Positions 48,658 to 57,993 of a stretch of DNA of 63,612 bases are shown one piece after another. The notes under the pieces were generated by a model. That model was given only the letters and a program-made list of their open reading frames with translations. It ran no database searches and was not told where the DNA came from. The stretch's first letter is position 1, and every line of letters starts with the position of its first letter. Origin of the DNA: Desulfonatronovibrionaceae bacterium. Lineage in GTDB: Bacteria; Desulfobacterota; Desulfovibrionia; Desulfovibrionales; Desulfonatronovibrionaceae. The position numbers and the translations under genes were made by a program. The DNA lies in contig JBKHGE010000003.1 of NCBI GenBank assembly GCA_046539845.1, forward strand, positions 62,001-125,612, written 5' to 3'.

Positions 48658-49417
48658 CAGCCGCAGCCAGGAAATATCCCGATTTTCCCCGGCCCGGATG
48701 CTGCCCTCGGTGTATTTTTACCTGAAAACAACCACGATCGTGTTCCGGGCGGCGGCTCAGGCAAAAAAGGGAGTCTATGCCGACAAGACCTGGATTCAGG
48801 ACAGCTGCCGGATAATCTCTCTCCTACAGGACACCGGCTGCCGCTTCGAGGTCACCGGCCAGGAAAACCTCGAGGACATTCCCCAGCCCCGGGTGTATGT
48901 GGCCAATCATATGAGCACCCTGGAGACATTTGTTTTCCCCTGCCTGCTGAAGATGGACAAAAAGCTCACCTATGTGGTCAAAAAGGGACTTGTCCAGTAC
49001 CCGGTTTTCAAACATATCATGTTCAGCCGCGATCCGGTGGTGGTAGGCCGCAAAAACCCCCGGGAGGACTTCAAGACGGTCATATCCGAGGGGGTCAAAA
49101 GACTGAACGCCGGGATTTCGATAATCATCTTCCCCCAGACCACGCGCTCCAGCGATTTCCATCCCGCTCAGTTCAACTCCATGGGCATCAAGCTGGCCAA
49201 GCGGGCCGGAGTCCCGGCGGTGCCGGTGGCTTTGAAGACTGATGCCTGGAGCACCGGCCGGATCCTCAAAGACTATGGACGGATAATCCCTTCCAGGGTG
49301 GTCAGGTTTGCCTTTGCCCCGGCCATGACCGTAGCCGGGAGCGGGAAAGAAGAACATGAAAAATGCGTGGAGTTTATTTCCGAACGGATCAAGACCTGGA
49401 AGGAGGCGACCGGATGA
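48644..49417 (+). CDS. 1-acyl-sn-glycerol-3-phosphate acyltransferase (PlsC family)
   Basis: ANHMSTLE (HX4E variant of HX4D), IFPQTTR, VPVAL. Confidence 0.85.
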   Translation: MTKINSRSQEISRFSPARMLPSVYFYLKTTTIVFRAAAQAKKGVYADKTWIQDSCRIISLLQDTGCRFEVTGQENLEDIPQPRVYVANHMSTLETFVFPCLLKMDKKLTYVVKKGLVQYPVFKHIMFSRDPVVVGRKNPREDFKTVISEGVKRLNAGISIIIFPQTTRSSDFHPAQFNSMGIKLAKRAGVPAVPVALKTDAWSTGRILKDYGRIIPSRVVRFAFAPAMTVAGSGKEEHEKCVEFISERIKTWKEATG

Positions 49418-49701
49418 AACCTTGCCGTGCCGTTTGCATTGTTTTGGTCTCCGCCTGCCTTGCCTTTGCCTCCTGCCCGGCTGCATTTTGCGGGGAAGAG
49501 GCATCAGTGGACTGCCGCGACGATCTGGACTGTCCACCGGGGTATGTCTGCGAAAAGGGCGGGTGCATAGAGGAACAAGGGCAGTGCGATCCTTTTGCCA
49601 AGGAACAGGAAATTTGCCCCAAAACAGACTTAAAGGATCTGGAAGCACAAATAGAGTCCGAGTCCAAAAATTCAAGCTCGGATACAGAATGGGATTTCTA
49701 A
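49414..49701 (+). CDS. Small exported cysteine-rich protein
   Basis: AGGAGG RBS and ATGA overlap with the plsC stop; signal-like N-terminus; mature part C-x5-C-x5-C-x4-C-x6-C-x9-C with an acidic tail. Confidence 0.7.
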   Translation: MKPCRAVCIVLVSACLAFASCPAAFCGEEASVDCRDDLDCPPGYVCEKGGCIEEQGQCDPFAKEQEICPKTDLKDLEAQIESESKNSSSDTEWDF

Positions 49702-49743
49702 ACCCAAACTCTTCAGCCCAAATGGACAAACAAGGGAGCCGCC

Positions 49744-50655
49744 ATGCAAGTTGATCGTTTGAAAATCCTGGCCGCTGTCGCGATCTGCTTCGTTCTGACC
49801 GCCTGTGCCGGCAAGCCCCGGAGCACGGCCTATCTAAACGTGGCCGACCTCAAGACCAACCTGGACAAACGGCTAACCCGCGCCCTTGCCGACTCGGACC
49901 GGGAAAAGCCGCAAATCAGGATCAACCGGACCGTGCCTGTGGAAATACCTGTGGGCGGGAAAGATATGCATCTGTTCGCAGTGAATATCTCCTTTATTGA
50001 TAATGATGAAGACCAGGCGATGCGGGAAAAGACCCTTTTGGTCGACCCGGCCGGCAAGCTGGAGATCTCCGAGATGAGCATTATCGCCAGCGGGGAGAAT
50101 CCGGCCCGGACGGCTCTGAATCTGGCCGCCAAAAAAGACATCCCCCCGGAGACCGGGGACCTTTATTTCCAGGGCAACGGTACCGCCGAAGTCCTTGTGG
50201 TTTCCGACCCCTTCTGCCCCTATTGCCGCTTGAGCCTGGACTATCTCCAGGACAAAAAGGAAAATATCGACAGCCTGCGCATACTCCAATTCCCGTTCGA
50301 CTCCCATCCCGGGGCTCGCGCTTCGGTCCTCGGCCTCTTTGCCTCGGCCGCGGATCCGGAGGTTACCTTTTCCCAGGCCTTGAGATTCGCCTACGGCCCT
50401 CTTAAGGCGCCAGAAACAAAAGACGAATCCGAGGCAAACCGCTTTGTCTTGAGGCAGTTCAAAGAAAAATTTTCTGAGGCCCTGCCCGAACCGGGAAAAC
50501 GGCAAAAACTGGAGGACATGTACGGAGAAAAGGTTGACTCCCAGATCCGGGAGGCGGAAAACCTGGGAGTCTCGGCCACGCCCACGATATTTATCAACGG
50601 AATCCCGGTTCGCGGATTTGATCGCCAAGAAATAGACAGGCTGTTCCGGGAATAA
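49744..50655 (+). CDS. DsbA/thioredoxin-fold lipoprotein
   Basis: Lipobox LTAC, SDPFCPYC active site, GVSATPTIFING cis-Pro loop. Confidence 0.88.
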   Translation: MQVDRLKILAAVAICFVLTACAGKPRSTAYLNVADLKTNLDKRLTRALADSDREKPQIRINRTVPVEIPVGGKDMHLFAVNISFIDNDEDQAMREKTLLVDPAGKLEISEMSIIASGENPARTALNLAAKKDIPPETGDLYFQGNGTAEVLVVSDPFCPYCRLSLDYLQDKKENIDSLRILQFPFDSHPGARASVLGLFASAADPEVTFSQALRFAYGPLKAPETKDESEANRFVLRQFKEKFSEALPEPGKRQKLEDMYGEKVDSQIREAENLGVSATPTIFINGIPVRGFDRQEIDRLFRE

Positions 50656-50691
50656 TCAGTCGATCAGCCCGGAAAAAACCAGGAGTCAGAG

Positions 50692-52962
50692 ATCAGCAGA
50701 CCAAACTTTCCCCCGATAATAACCAACGACGGCCGGCTGGTCGAGGTCGGTGAGGTCCATTACAACCAGGACCTGGGCGCGCCGCAGATACCCGGAACCC
50801 TGGAATTCAATAACGCCAGCGATTCTTTGCGCGGTCTCATGCGCGACCTTCAGGATCGGGCGGCCAAAAGCAGGACCCGCCTGGAGGACTACTGCCAGAT
50901 AAGCGGGCGTAGCGGGCATTCCAGAATCGGGATCGACATCCGCATCCCGGACCGGGAGGTGGAGATATCCGACCCCGCAAAGACCCTGACCCTGCCGGTG
51001 AGCATCTCCGCTTTGAACAGTGACCTGGCCGGCTCCCTTTCCGAGCTGCAGGCCATCGTCCGGGAGAGCCCGATAGATTTTGGCCGCCTTTTTATCCCTT
51101 TGTCCGCGCCCCTGTCTAAAAAAGAGATAGACCAAGCGCTCAAGGATGGTCGGCTTTTGCTCCCCTCCGCCCATGAAATAAAGCCGGACGGGACCATTGA
51201 ACTCCCTTTGGATGATATCCGCTACGTGCTCTCCGGTCGTTTGATCCAGATAGGCCGTAATTTCTCGGAGATGATAGTCCGGGGCAAGCACGGCCTGAAC
51301 CTGTTCCAGAACGTCTCCCCGCACGGACTCCCGGCGGTGCTGGACAGTCGGGAATTTCTGGTCAGCGCCATTCGGATCTCTCTGGGCCCGTTCACCGCGT
51401 TCATCCAAAGGGAGCTGAGTCAGCCCGGAACATTCCATCTGGCCTCACGGCTCCTGGACGGGATCAAGACCTCTGGTTTGTCTGTGCCCAGACACGTGGA
51501 GTTGTACAACAACTCCGGCGAACCGGTTGATTTAAGCCGCCTGCGGGTACGTATCCGCCTGTATCCGGCCGAAAAAAGCGTGGCCGACATCGCCGACCGC
51601 ATCCTGGTCCCGGGGAGATCCGCGGAGATCCTGGGCCGAGGCGTAGACTTTGCCGAATTAGCGGACATCTTCGAACCGATGACCGTGGAGACCTTGGGGG
51701 ACGAGATCACTCCCTGCCCCAGGCTTGGAGGCTCTTACGCCCGGATATTCATGTCAGACAAAATATTGAACATCCCCTGGGAGGAGGTATCCGGCAAATG
51801 GATCCCGGAATTCCAGTGGAGACTGGTGTACGAGGCCGCCCGGGGCAACCTGGTTGAGGGGGTCCTGGCCGGGGAGGAGATCCCCCGCCGCTTCAACATG
51901 TTCATGAAGGACCTGGCCTATGTGGGTGGAGAACAAAATCTGTCCAAGATATTTGTCTGCGACTCCCTGCCCCCGGTAGACACTTTGCGCGTGCTCAAGC
52001 GAAACGGGATTGGCGTGGTCCTGATCCGCAGCCTGTCCGGCCGGGTAAACGGCGGGGAAAGCCTACCCGGATATTATCTGGACCAGAGCATCTATGAGGA
52101 GCTATGCACCCTGGAAAGGGAGGGGATGCGCTTCTACCTGCAGGTAAAAGAAAACGGTCGCAGCCACGTCCGTGAATTCTACAAAGGCTTTTGGGTTACC
52201 GCTCAGGGCAAAAGGGGTCTGGACCGGTGTCATACCACCATCTCGGTGTTCGGATCGGTCACCGAGGAACTCCAGGAAATACTCTTGGGCCAATTCAAAG
52301 ACTTCCTGGCCGATCTGCAAAATGACTCCCGGCTCAAAAACCGTTTTGCAGTCGCCCACGGCAGCGGCCCCGGGGTGATGAAAGCCATTGACGACGCGGC
52401 CCGTTCTTTGGACATAATGCGCCTCGGGGTGGGGATAGACGGGGAAAAGATCGGACAGACCTCCAATCTGGATCCCGATGCCCTGGCCATGTTCGTGAGC
52501 ATGGCCCTGAACACCCGCCAGGACATCCTGGACAGGCGCTCCCTGTTCAAAATATTTAACATCGGCGGATTCGGAACCAGCTATGAGATAAACATGGCCC
52601 TGACCTTCATGAAGATCGGACACTGCCTGCCTGCCCCGTATATATTCGTCGACCCCTTTGGCCTGGGACCGGGCGGCAAACACCTCTGGCGGCAGAGCAT
52701 AGAACAGTTCCGGACCCTTACCTCTCCAATGTCCAACGGGGAGATAAAAATGCCTCCTCTGGGTCCGGCCTGGGTGCACCGCTGCTGCCACCTGGTAAGT
52801 TCCTACACCGAAGGGCTGGAAATCATCAGCCGGTTCATAGACTCGCCCATGGATTACTGGCAAAAGGCGGACATCCATCCGGAGCAGGTAAAGCGGGCCA
52901 GAGAGAGCCTGCGGAGTGCCGGGGTGCCCATCCCGCCGTACATAGACAAGGCCCTGGAATAG
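50692..52962 (+). CDS. Large LOG/SLOG-domain protein with extended N-terminal region (apparent ATC start)
   Basis: C-terminal ISVFGS, HGSGPGVM, RQ..L and GGFGTSYE (PGGxGTxxE-like) motifs. The frame is open from 50656; AGGAG at 50681-50685 precedes in-frame ATC 50692, and the first conventional start is TTG 50827. Confidence 0.75.
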   Translation: MSRPNFPPIITNDGRLVEVGEVHYNQDLGAPQIPGTLEFNNASDSLRGLMRDLQDRAAKSRTRLEDYCQISGRSGHSRIGIDIRIPDREVEISDPAKTLTLPVSISALNSDLAGSLSELQAIVRESPIDFGRLFIPLSAPLSKKEIDQALKDGRLLLPSAHEIKPDGTIELPLDDIRYVLSGRLIQIGRNFSEMIVRGKHGLNLFQNVSPHGLPAVLDSREFLVSAIRISLGPFTAFIQRELSQPGTFHLASRLLDGIKTSGLSVPRHVELYNNSGEPVDLSRLRVRIRLYPAEKSVADIADRILVPGRSAEILGRGVDFAELADIFEPMTVETLGDEITPCPRLGGSYARIFMSDKILNIPWEEVSGKWIPEFQWRLVYEAARGNLVEGVLAGEEIPRRFNMFMKDLAYVGGEQNLSKIFVCDSLPPVDTLRVLKRNGIGVVLIRSLSGRVNGGESLPGYYLDQSIYEELCTLEREGMRFYLQVKENGRSHVREFYKGFWVTAQGKRGLDRCHTTISVFGSVTEELQEILLGQFKDFLADLQNDSRLKNRFAVAHGSGPGVMKAIDDAARSLDIMRLGVGIDGEKIGQTSNLDPDALAMFVSMALNTRQDILDRRSLFKIFNIGGFGTSYEINMALTFMKIGHCLPAPYIFVDPFGLGPGGKHLWRQSIEQFRTLTSPMSNGEIKMPPLGPAWVHRCCHLVSSYTEGLEIISRFIDSPMDYWQKADIHPEQVKRARESLRSAGVPIPPYIDKALE

Positions 52963-53072
52963 TCACTTCGCACCGGCTCCGGGATCGGAAGAGTCAGGAG
53001 CTATCCCTAAAAGTTGCACCATGTGTGCATTCCTCCGGCCACCCCGTGGGTATTTAAGCAAATCTTTTCTTG

Positions 53073-53085
53073 CAACCCCTTGATT
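53073..53085 (-). promoter_or_regulatory. IHF consensus site upstream of the MCP gene
   Basis: Minus strand AATCAAggggTTG matches WATCAAnnnnTTR; the motif is short and could be chance. Confidence 0.35.
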
Positions 53086-53269
53086 TGTGTCTGTTTAACG
53101 GAAGCGATCTGTCCGCTTACCCCTCTTCCCCTACCGTCGGTCAAAATTCGGTTGCCTTTCTAAAAGCCCGGGCTAGCTTTTAAGTGCGTAAAAATCAAAA
53201 ACCCTGCCTGCGGGGCTACTCTGAGAGGATCCAAGGGCAGGTGTCGCATTCCGGCAAAAGGAGGCGCAG

Positions 53270-55576
53270 ATGACAGACAAAAAAGACACCGGGAAAAATC
53301 AGACCTCTGGGGGTGGCGGGAATGCCCGCTCGGTAATCTTAAGGCTTATAGTCTTGATAGTGATCGGACTGGTCCTGGAGGGGGTTTTGCTCCTGGGATA
53401 CACCAATTTCGACCTGCAAAGCTTCTCCGATGACCAGGCCCGGAAAGACAAAGAACTAATTTACGAGCAGGAAAGAGAGAGCCTGCAGGACAAGGTCCAG
53501 CTGGCCTACAGTGTCCTGGAGCGCTACTACCGGGAATCAAAAGACGAACAGGCCCTTAAGGAAGCCAAGGCCGAACACTTAAAAGAGATCGTTGACACTG
53601 TGTCCAGCCAGCTGACCGGGACCTACGAGGAGCTGCAGGAGGAAGGTCTCCCGGAAGAGGAGATCAGGGCCAGGCTCAAAGAATATGTGCAAAAGGCCCG
53701 CTATGACAATGATAACTACCTCTGGATCCAGGACACGGACGGCTACATGGTTACACACCCCATAAAGTCGGAACTGGACGGGGAGTTCCTTATGGATTTC
53801 GAGGACCCGGAAGGCACCAGGTTGTTCAAGGAGATGGACGAGATCGCCAAGGCTGAGGGCGGGGGCATGGTTTCCTATATGTGGGAAAAACCTGGAGAGG
53901 ATGAGCCTACTCCCAAGGTCTCCTATGTCAAACTAGTTCCGGAACTGGACTGGATCATCGGGACAGGGGCCTGGATTGAAGATATTACTGCTGAACTCAA
54001 AGAAGAGGCCCTGCGGGAAGTGGGGCAGATGCGCCTTTCCAACGGCAATTATTTCTGGATTAACGACACCGGACCGAAAATGGTCATGCACCCCATAAAG
54101 CCGGAACTGAACGGAGAAGATCTAAGCGACTATGAGGATACCAGGGGCAAAAAACTGTTTGTGCAAATGGTCCGCACTACCGAGGAAGACGGCCAGGGTT
54201 TTGTCGATTACTACTGGCCCAAACCGGATGAAGACGGCGACTTCCCCAAACTCTCCTATGTCAAGCTCTTTGAGCCCTGGGACTGGATCATCGGCATGGG
54301 CGTATACATGGATGAGGTCAATGCGCATATCCAGAACAACCACAAACAATTCAGGGACTCTTTGAATGCAGTCGCCAAGCGCGGAGCCCTGTTCGGCGGG
54401 GCCATGGTCCTGGCGGTTTTGGGCCTTCTCTTGTGGATGATACGCCGCGATCTAAACCGCCCCTTGAGCGCCCTGGTCGCTTATACGGACCGGGTCAGCA
54501 AGGGTGAGTTGGAAACGGAAATAAGCGGGGGCTTCAAGGGTGAGCTGTACCGGCTCAAGGAATCCATCCAGACCATGGTCGCCAGTTTGAAGGACAAGAT
54601 GACCGAAGCCGAGGAGAAAACCCGGGAAGCCCTGGAAAAATCACAAGACGCGGAAAAGGCCCGGGCCGAAGCGGAAAAGGCCCGTAAACAGGCGATAGAG
54701 GCCAGAAGGGAAGGCATGCTCAAGGCGGCCGGGGAACTGGAGGAAATAGTAGACAGACTGTCCACCTCCTCAGAGGAGCTGTCCGCCCAGGCCGAGGAGA
54801 TAAACAACGGGACCTCCAAGCAGCAACAGCGGGTAAACGAAACCGCCACGGCCATGGAGCAGATGAACAACACCGTCTTGGAGGTGGCCAAAAATGCTTC
54901 CGCGTCTTCGGACAACGCCCAGGAGACCAAGCAAAAGGCAGAACAGGGTGCGGAGATAGTCAATCAATCCATCCAGAGTATCAATCAGGTAAGCCGCCTG
55001 GCCGAGGAACTCACCGCAAACATGAACGACCTGGACAAGCAGGCGGATTCCATCGGGAATATAATGAACACCATCAACGACATTGCCGATCAGACCAACC
55101 TTTTGGCCCTGAACGCGGCCATAGAGGCGGCCCGGGCCGGAGAGGCCGGCCGGGGCTTTGCCGTTGTCGCCGACGAGGTCCGCAAGCTGGCGGAAAAGAC
55201 CATGTCCGCAACCAAGGAAGTGGAGGAGTCCATCCAGAGTATCCAGTCCTCCACCCACATGAACACCCAGAGCGTGTCCAAAGCGGCCCAGGCCGTGGAG
55301 GAGGCCTCGGAACAGGCCCAAAAATCCGGGGAAGCCCTGAATTCTATAGTGGAACTGGCCAAGAACACCGCAGACCAGGTCAGTTCCATCGCCACTGCCT
55401 CCGAGGAGCAGTCCTCGGCCAGCGAGGAAATAAACCGGGCCCTGGAGGAAGTGAACAATATCGCTTCCAGCACCGCAGAAAGCATGGCCGAATCAGTCAA
55501 GGCCATTCAGGACTTGAGCCAGCAGGCGGCCAATCTGCAGAAACTGATCGCCGAGATGAAGGAGGAAAACAAATAG
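53270..55576 (+). CDS. Methyl-accepting chemotaxis protein with tandem Cache_2-type sensor domains
   Basis: Two repeats of NY.WI.D....MV.HPIK.EL.G...D..G..LF..M...G.V.Y.W.KP...PK.SYVK....[48 protein letters not shown]. Confidence 0.97.
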   Translation: MTDKKDTGKNQTSGGGGNARSVILRLIVLIVIGLVLEGVLLLGYTNFDLQSFSDDQARKDKELIYEQERESLQDKVQLAYSVLERYYRESKDEQALKEAKAEHLKEIVDTVSSQLTGTYEELQEEGLPEEEIRARLKEYVQKARYDNDNYLWIQDTDGYMVTHPIKSELDGEFLMDFEDPEGTRLFKEMDEIAKAEGGGMVSYMWEKPGEDEPTPKVSYVKLVPELDWIIGTGAWIEDITAELKEEALREVGQMRLSNGNYFWINDTGPKMVMHPIKPELNGEDLSDYEDTRGKKLFVQMVRTTEEDGQGFVDYYWPKPDEDGDFPKLSYVKLFEPWDWIIGMGVYMDEVNAHIQNNHKQFRDSLNAVAKRGALFGGAMVLAVLGLLLWMIRRDLNRPLSALVAYTDRVSKGELETEISGGFKGELYRLKESIQTMVASLKDKMTEAEEKTREALEKSQDAEKARAEAEKARKQAIEARREGMLKAAGELEEIVDRLSTSSEELSAQAEEINNGTSKQQQRVNETATAMEQMNNTVLEVAKNASASSDNAQETKQKAEQGAEIVNQSIQSINQVSRLAEELTANMNDLDKQADSIGNIMNTINDIADQTNLLALNAAIEAARAGEAGRGFAVVADEVRKLAEKTMSATKEVEESIQSIQSSTHMNTQSVSKAAQAVEEASEQAQKSGEALNSIVELAKNTADQVSSIATASEEQSSASEEINRALEEVNNIASSTAESMAESVKAIQDLSQQAANLQKLIAEMKEENK

Positions 55577-55584
55577 GGTTCATG

Positions 55585-55661
55585 TCCAGGATCTAGGCAA
55601 GACACCCTGGATTCCTGATCCGTTATCCCTGTCCCGGATCGCGATCCGGGACAGGAATGAC
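55585..55661. repeat. REP-like palindromic element with a perfect 28-bp palindrome
   Basis: CCTGTCCCGGATCG|CGATCCGGGACAGG at 55628-55655, inside CTGGATTCCTG...CAGGAATGAC. Confidence 0.6.
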
Positions 55662-55723
55662 GGAAGTGGAAAAGACGTATAAGTCGGCCAATTCCTCTTG
55701 GAGAGGGCTAACCCACCCCGTCA

Positions 55724-56407
55724 TTATCCGCTTTTTAATTGCATCAAATCCTGCTCTGCCCGGCGCGCCTCTCGCACGAACCTGCGTACCATTTGCGGAT
55801 CCTTTCGTCCCCGGGAATCCTCCAGGCCGGTATGGGCGTCCACCCCGGCCGGCCTTACATGCATAACCGCTTGATAGACATTGTCCGGCCCCAGCCCCCC
55901 GGCCAGGATAACCGGCCGGGGAGAATCCCGGACCACCGCCCGACTTATTTCCCAGTCGTGTATCCTGCCGGTTGCCCCGCAGGCCCCGGTCTGCGGATCA
56001 AACGTATCGGTTATGAACATATCGCAGTAGGGGGCAAAGGCGGTGCACTCCTCAAGCAGCTCTCTTTCCCCTTTCTTCCCCACCACCAGACTCTTTATAA
56101 TCCCCAGATCGGACCGGATAAGCCGCAGACGCTTCACCTCGCTGCCAAGGATATCCCCGTGCAGCTGCACCCACTTGCAGCCGACCCGGGAGCACAGCCC
56201 GGAAATTTCCTCCGCCTCGGACAGGTAAGTGATCACCACCCCGGAAACAAACGCAGGCAGAAAGCGAAACATCCTCCCGGCCTTTTCCAGACTTACATCC
56301 TGCTCCCTGACCCCCGGTCCCAGGGGCAGGGCCAGATGAGTAATGCCGATGGATACAACCGACTTCACTTCCTGAAGATCATGTGCTCCGGCCACCTGGA
56401 CAAACAT
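55724..56407 (-). CDS. Phosphoribosylanthranilate isomerase-like protein (stand-alone TrpF)
   Basis: VQLHG, D......GATG..HDW, ILAGGL.P.NV, P.GVD.HTG.E...G.KD. Confidence 0.88.
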   Translation of the reverse strand: MFVQVAGAHDLQEVKSVVSIGITHLALPLGPGVREQDVSLEKAGRMFRFLPAFVSGVVITYLSEAEEISGLCSRVGCKWVQLHGDILGSEVKRLRLIRSDLGIIKSLVVGKKGERELLEECTAFAPYCDMFITDTFDPQTGACGATGRIHDWEISRAVVRDSPRPVILAGGLGPDNVYQAVMHVRPAGVDAHTGLEDSRGRKDPQMVRRFVREARRAEQDLMQLKSG

Positions 56408-56624
56408 ATTCCCTCTTAAGTTTTCCCACAGCAGATCCTACAATAACACTACACAAATCCTGTGATTGCCTATTATTTTGACCTACTATTCACAATAAAG
56501 CACGCTGCCGAATTCGAATCGGCCGCAGTCCTTTGAAAATTCTGGCAAATTTATTGACACTCTTGTTAGTTTGTCAGCTGTTGTCTCCCAAACCCTAATT
56601 ATTGGCCAGCCAAGGATAACCGCT

Positions 56625-56850
56625 ATGCACTCCGAAGACTTCCAGCCGCTAAAAAACCGGGCACTCCCTTTCATGCCTGTCTTTTGTTCGACAACCTGGA
56701 AGACTATAAAAAGCAAGCCGATAAATATATCCTCGAAGGGATAAGAGAAAACGAAAAATGCATCTGCGCCCTGGAGCCCTGGAACTGATAAAGGAGATGA
56801 TAAGGCTTCATCCTGGCGTTATAAACAACACAAGTGTTTATACTGTATGT
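56625..56850 (+). pseudogene. Disrupted MEDS (DcmR-type sensory) domain gene
   Basis: MHSEDFQPLK, then after a frameshift in the A6 run (56651-56656) KPGTPFHACLLFDNLEDYKKQADKYILEGIRENEKCICAL (MEDS N-terminal pattern), then in a third frame LIKEMIRLHPGVINNTSVY (MEDS C-terminal pattern). The middle of the domain is missing. Confidence 0.6.
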
Positions 56851-57166
56851 CCCGGTGCCCCAAAAAACGCCGAACCCGGAATCATGGCCTTGGGCGGCCG
56901 GGAAACGGGTTTCGGCCGACCCGAGTCCATGCTGGCCAAGACTTTTGCCGAGCTTGCCGGCGCTTGTTTTGCCTCTGGCAGCTGATAGGCTTTACTCTTA
57001 CGGGCTTTACAAGGACTATAAAATCGTTTCGCCTCCAAAGGTTGCTATTTTTGCGGTTTATATTCCTGGACCCCTGAATCTTTGTCCGGCCGTACGAGTT
57101 GAATCCAAGCTTTACAAAAAAGAATGGCCGGTGCATAAAAACAAAAAAAGCAGCGCGGGGTTTAAT

Positions 57167-57634
57167 ATGCAGCAATGGGATGAGGTTATACGGGACCTGC
57201 AAAGCGGCCTGGGCCGCGGCTATCTGCAGGACAACGCAATACTGAATACTCCGGGTAGATCCATTGCCTGTAAACTGGATCCCCACTATTACCTGGCCCC
57301 CATACCCCTTTTTCTTCGCCGCCTGGCCTACCTGAGCGCCAAGCCCCCGGACAAAGTCAGGGCTGGGCTCATAAACACCGGCAATCTGGTTACCCGCTCC
57401 CGCAGCCAGGAACACTCCCTGACCCTGGCTGTCACTTGGCCGGGGCTGACTAATCCCATGCCCATTCAGGCCTGCTTCATTTTGGCCGAATTCATCGACC
57501 GCGCCCTGCGCATCTATGCCCGAATATACGAACCCCTTCCAGTGGCCGAGCTGCAGATAGTCTCCGGGGACAAGGCAAAAGTGGAGAAATTTTTTGCCGA
57601 CAAGACCGCTCCGCACGACCTGGCCTTTGCCTGA
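57167..57634 (+). CDS. Hypothetical protein (155 aa)
   Basis: Host-like codon usage from ATG 57167; the upstream part of the 266-aa ORF is AT-rich and looks non-coding. Confidence 0.7.
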   Translation: MQQWDEVIRDLQSGLGRGYLQDNAILNTPGRSIACKLDPHYYLAPIPLFLRRLAYLSAKPPDKVRAGLINTGNLVTRSRSQEHSLTLAVTWPGLTNPMPIQACFILAEFIDRALRIYARIYEPLPVAELQIVSGDKAKVEKFFADKTAPHDLAFA

Positions 57635-57993
57635 CCAAAAGCAGGCAAAGAAGCCAACAGCAAACACCCGGGGCTGGGGGCAGGAGATAACTGTAGCAAG
57701 TCTTGGCCGTGGTCCGCTCCCATTTCCCTCATCCACACACCCCATTCACTCAGCCCTGATTGGGAAAAAATACTTAAAATCCACTTCTTCCCTCGAAGGA
57801 AGACACTTTTTTTTGTATGCCTTTTTTAATCCAAGGTGTTACCAATATGACCTCCCGGACCCGGTTGCTTAAATCGCCCGGGACCAGGATAAAAAAATCC
57901 GGCCAACGGTTTAAAGCTCGCAAACCTTGCCCTTGGCTTTGTTCTCGGCTATTTTCGCTTTAAAGGACAAACCAAAACCCACGGGGATCTACC

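Noticed and set aside
49744..52962. DsbA-like and LOG genes are in the same frame separated by one TAA (readthrough fusion or split gene)
   Set aside because: The DsbA domain ends at its normal position, an exported lipoprotein fused to a cytoplasmic nucleotide enzyme is implausible, and a separate SD precedes the second gene.
53150..53269. Possible riboswitch in the MCP leader
   Set aside because: Some hairpin potential, but no c-di-GMP-I/II or other recognisable aptamer consensus.
56478..56495. TTGACCtactatTCACAA, half-match to a CRP/HcpR/Rex box upstream of trpF
   Set aside because: Only one good half-site in AT-rich DNA; not distinguishable from chance.
56651..56657. Functional programmed -1 frameshift at A_AAA_AAC
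   Set aside because: The shifted frame stops after about 45 codons and the domain is internally deleted, so simple decay explains it better.
56834..57166. 111-aa N-terminal extension of the 57167 hypothetical protein
   Set aside because: AT-rich, promoter-like composition and atypical codon usage; likely non-coding.
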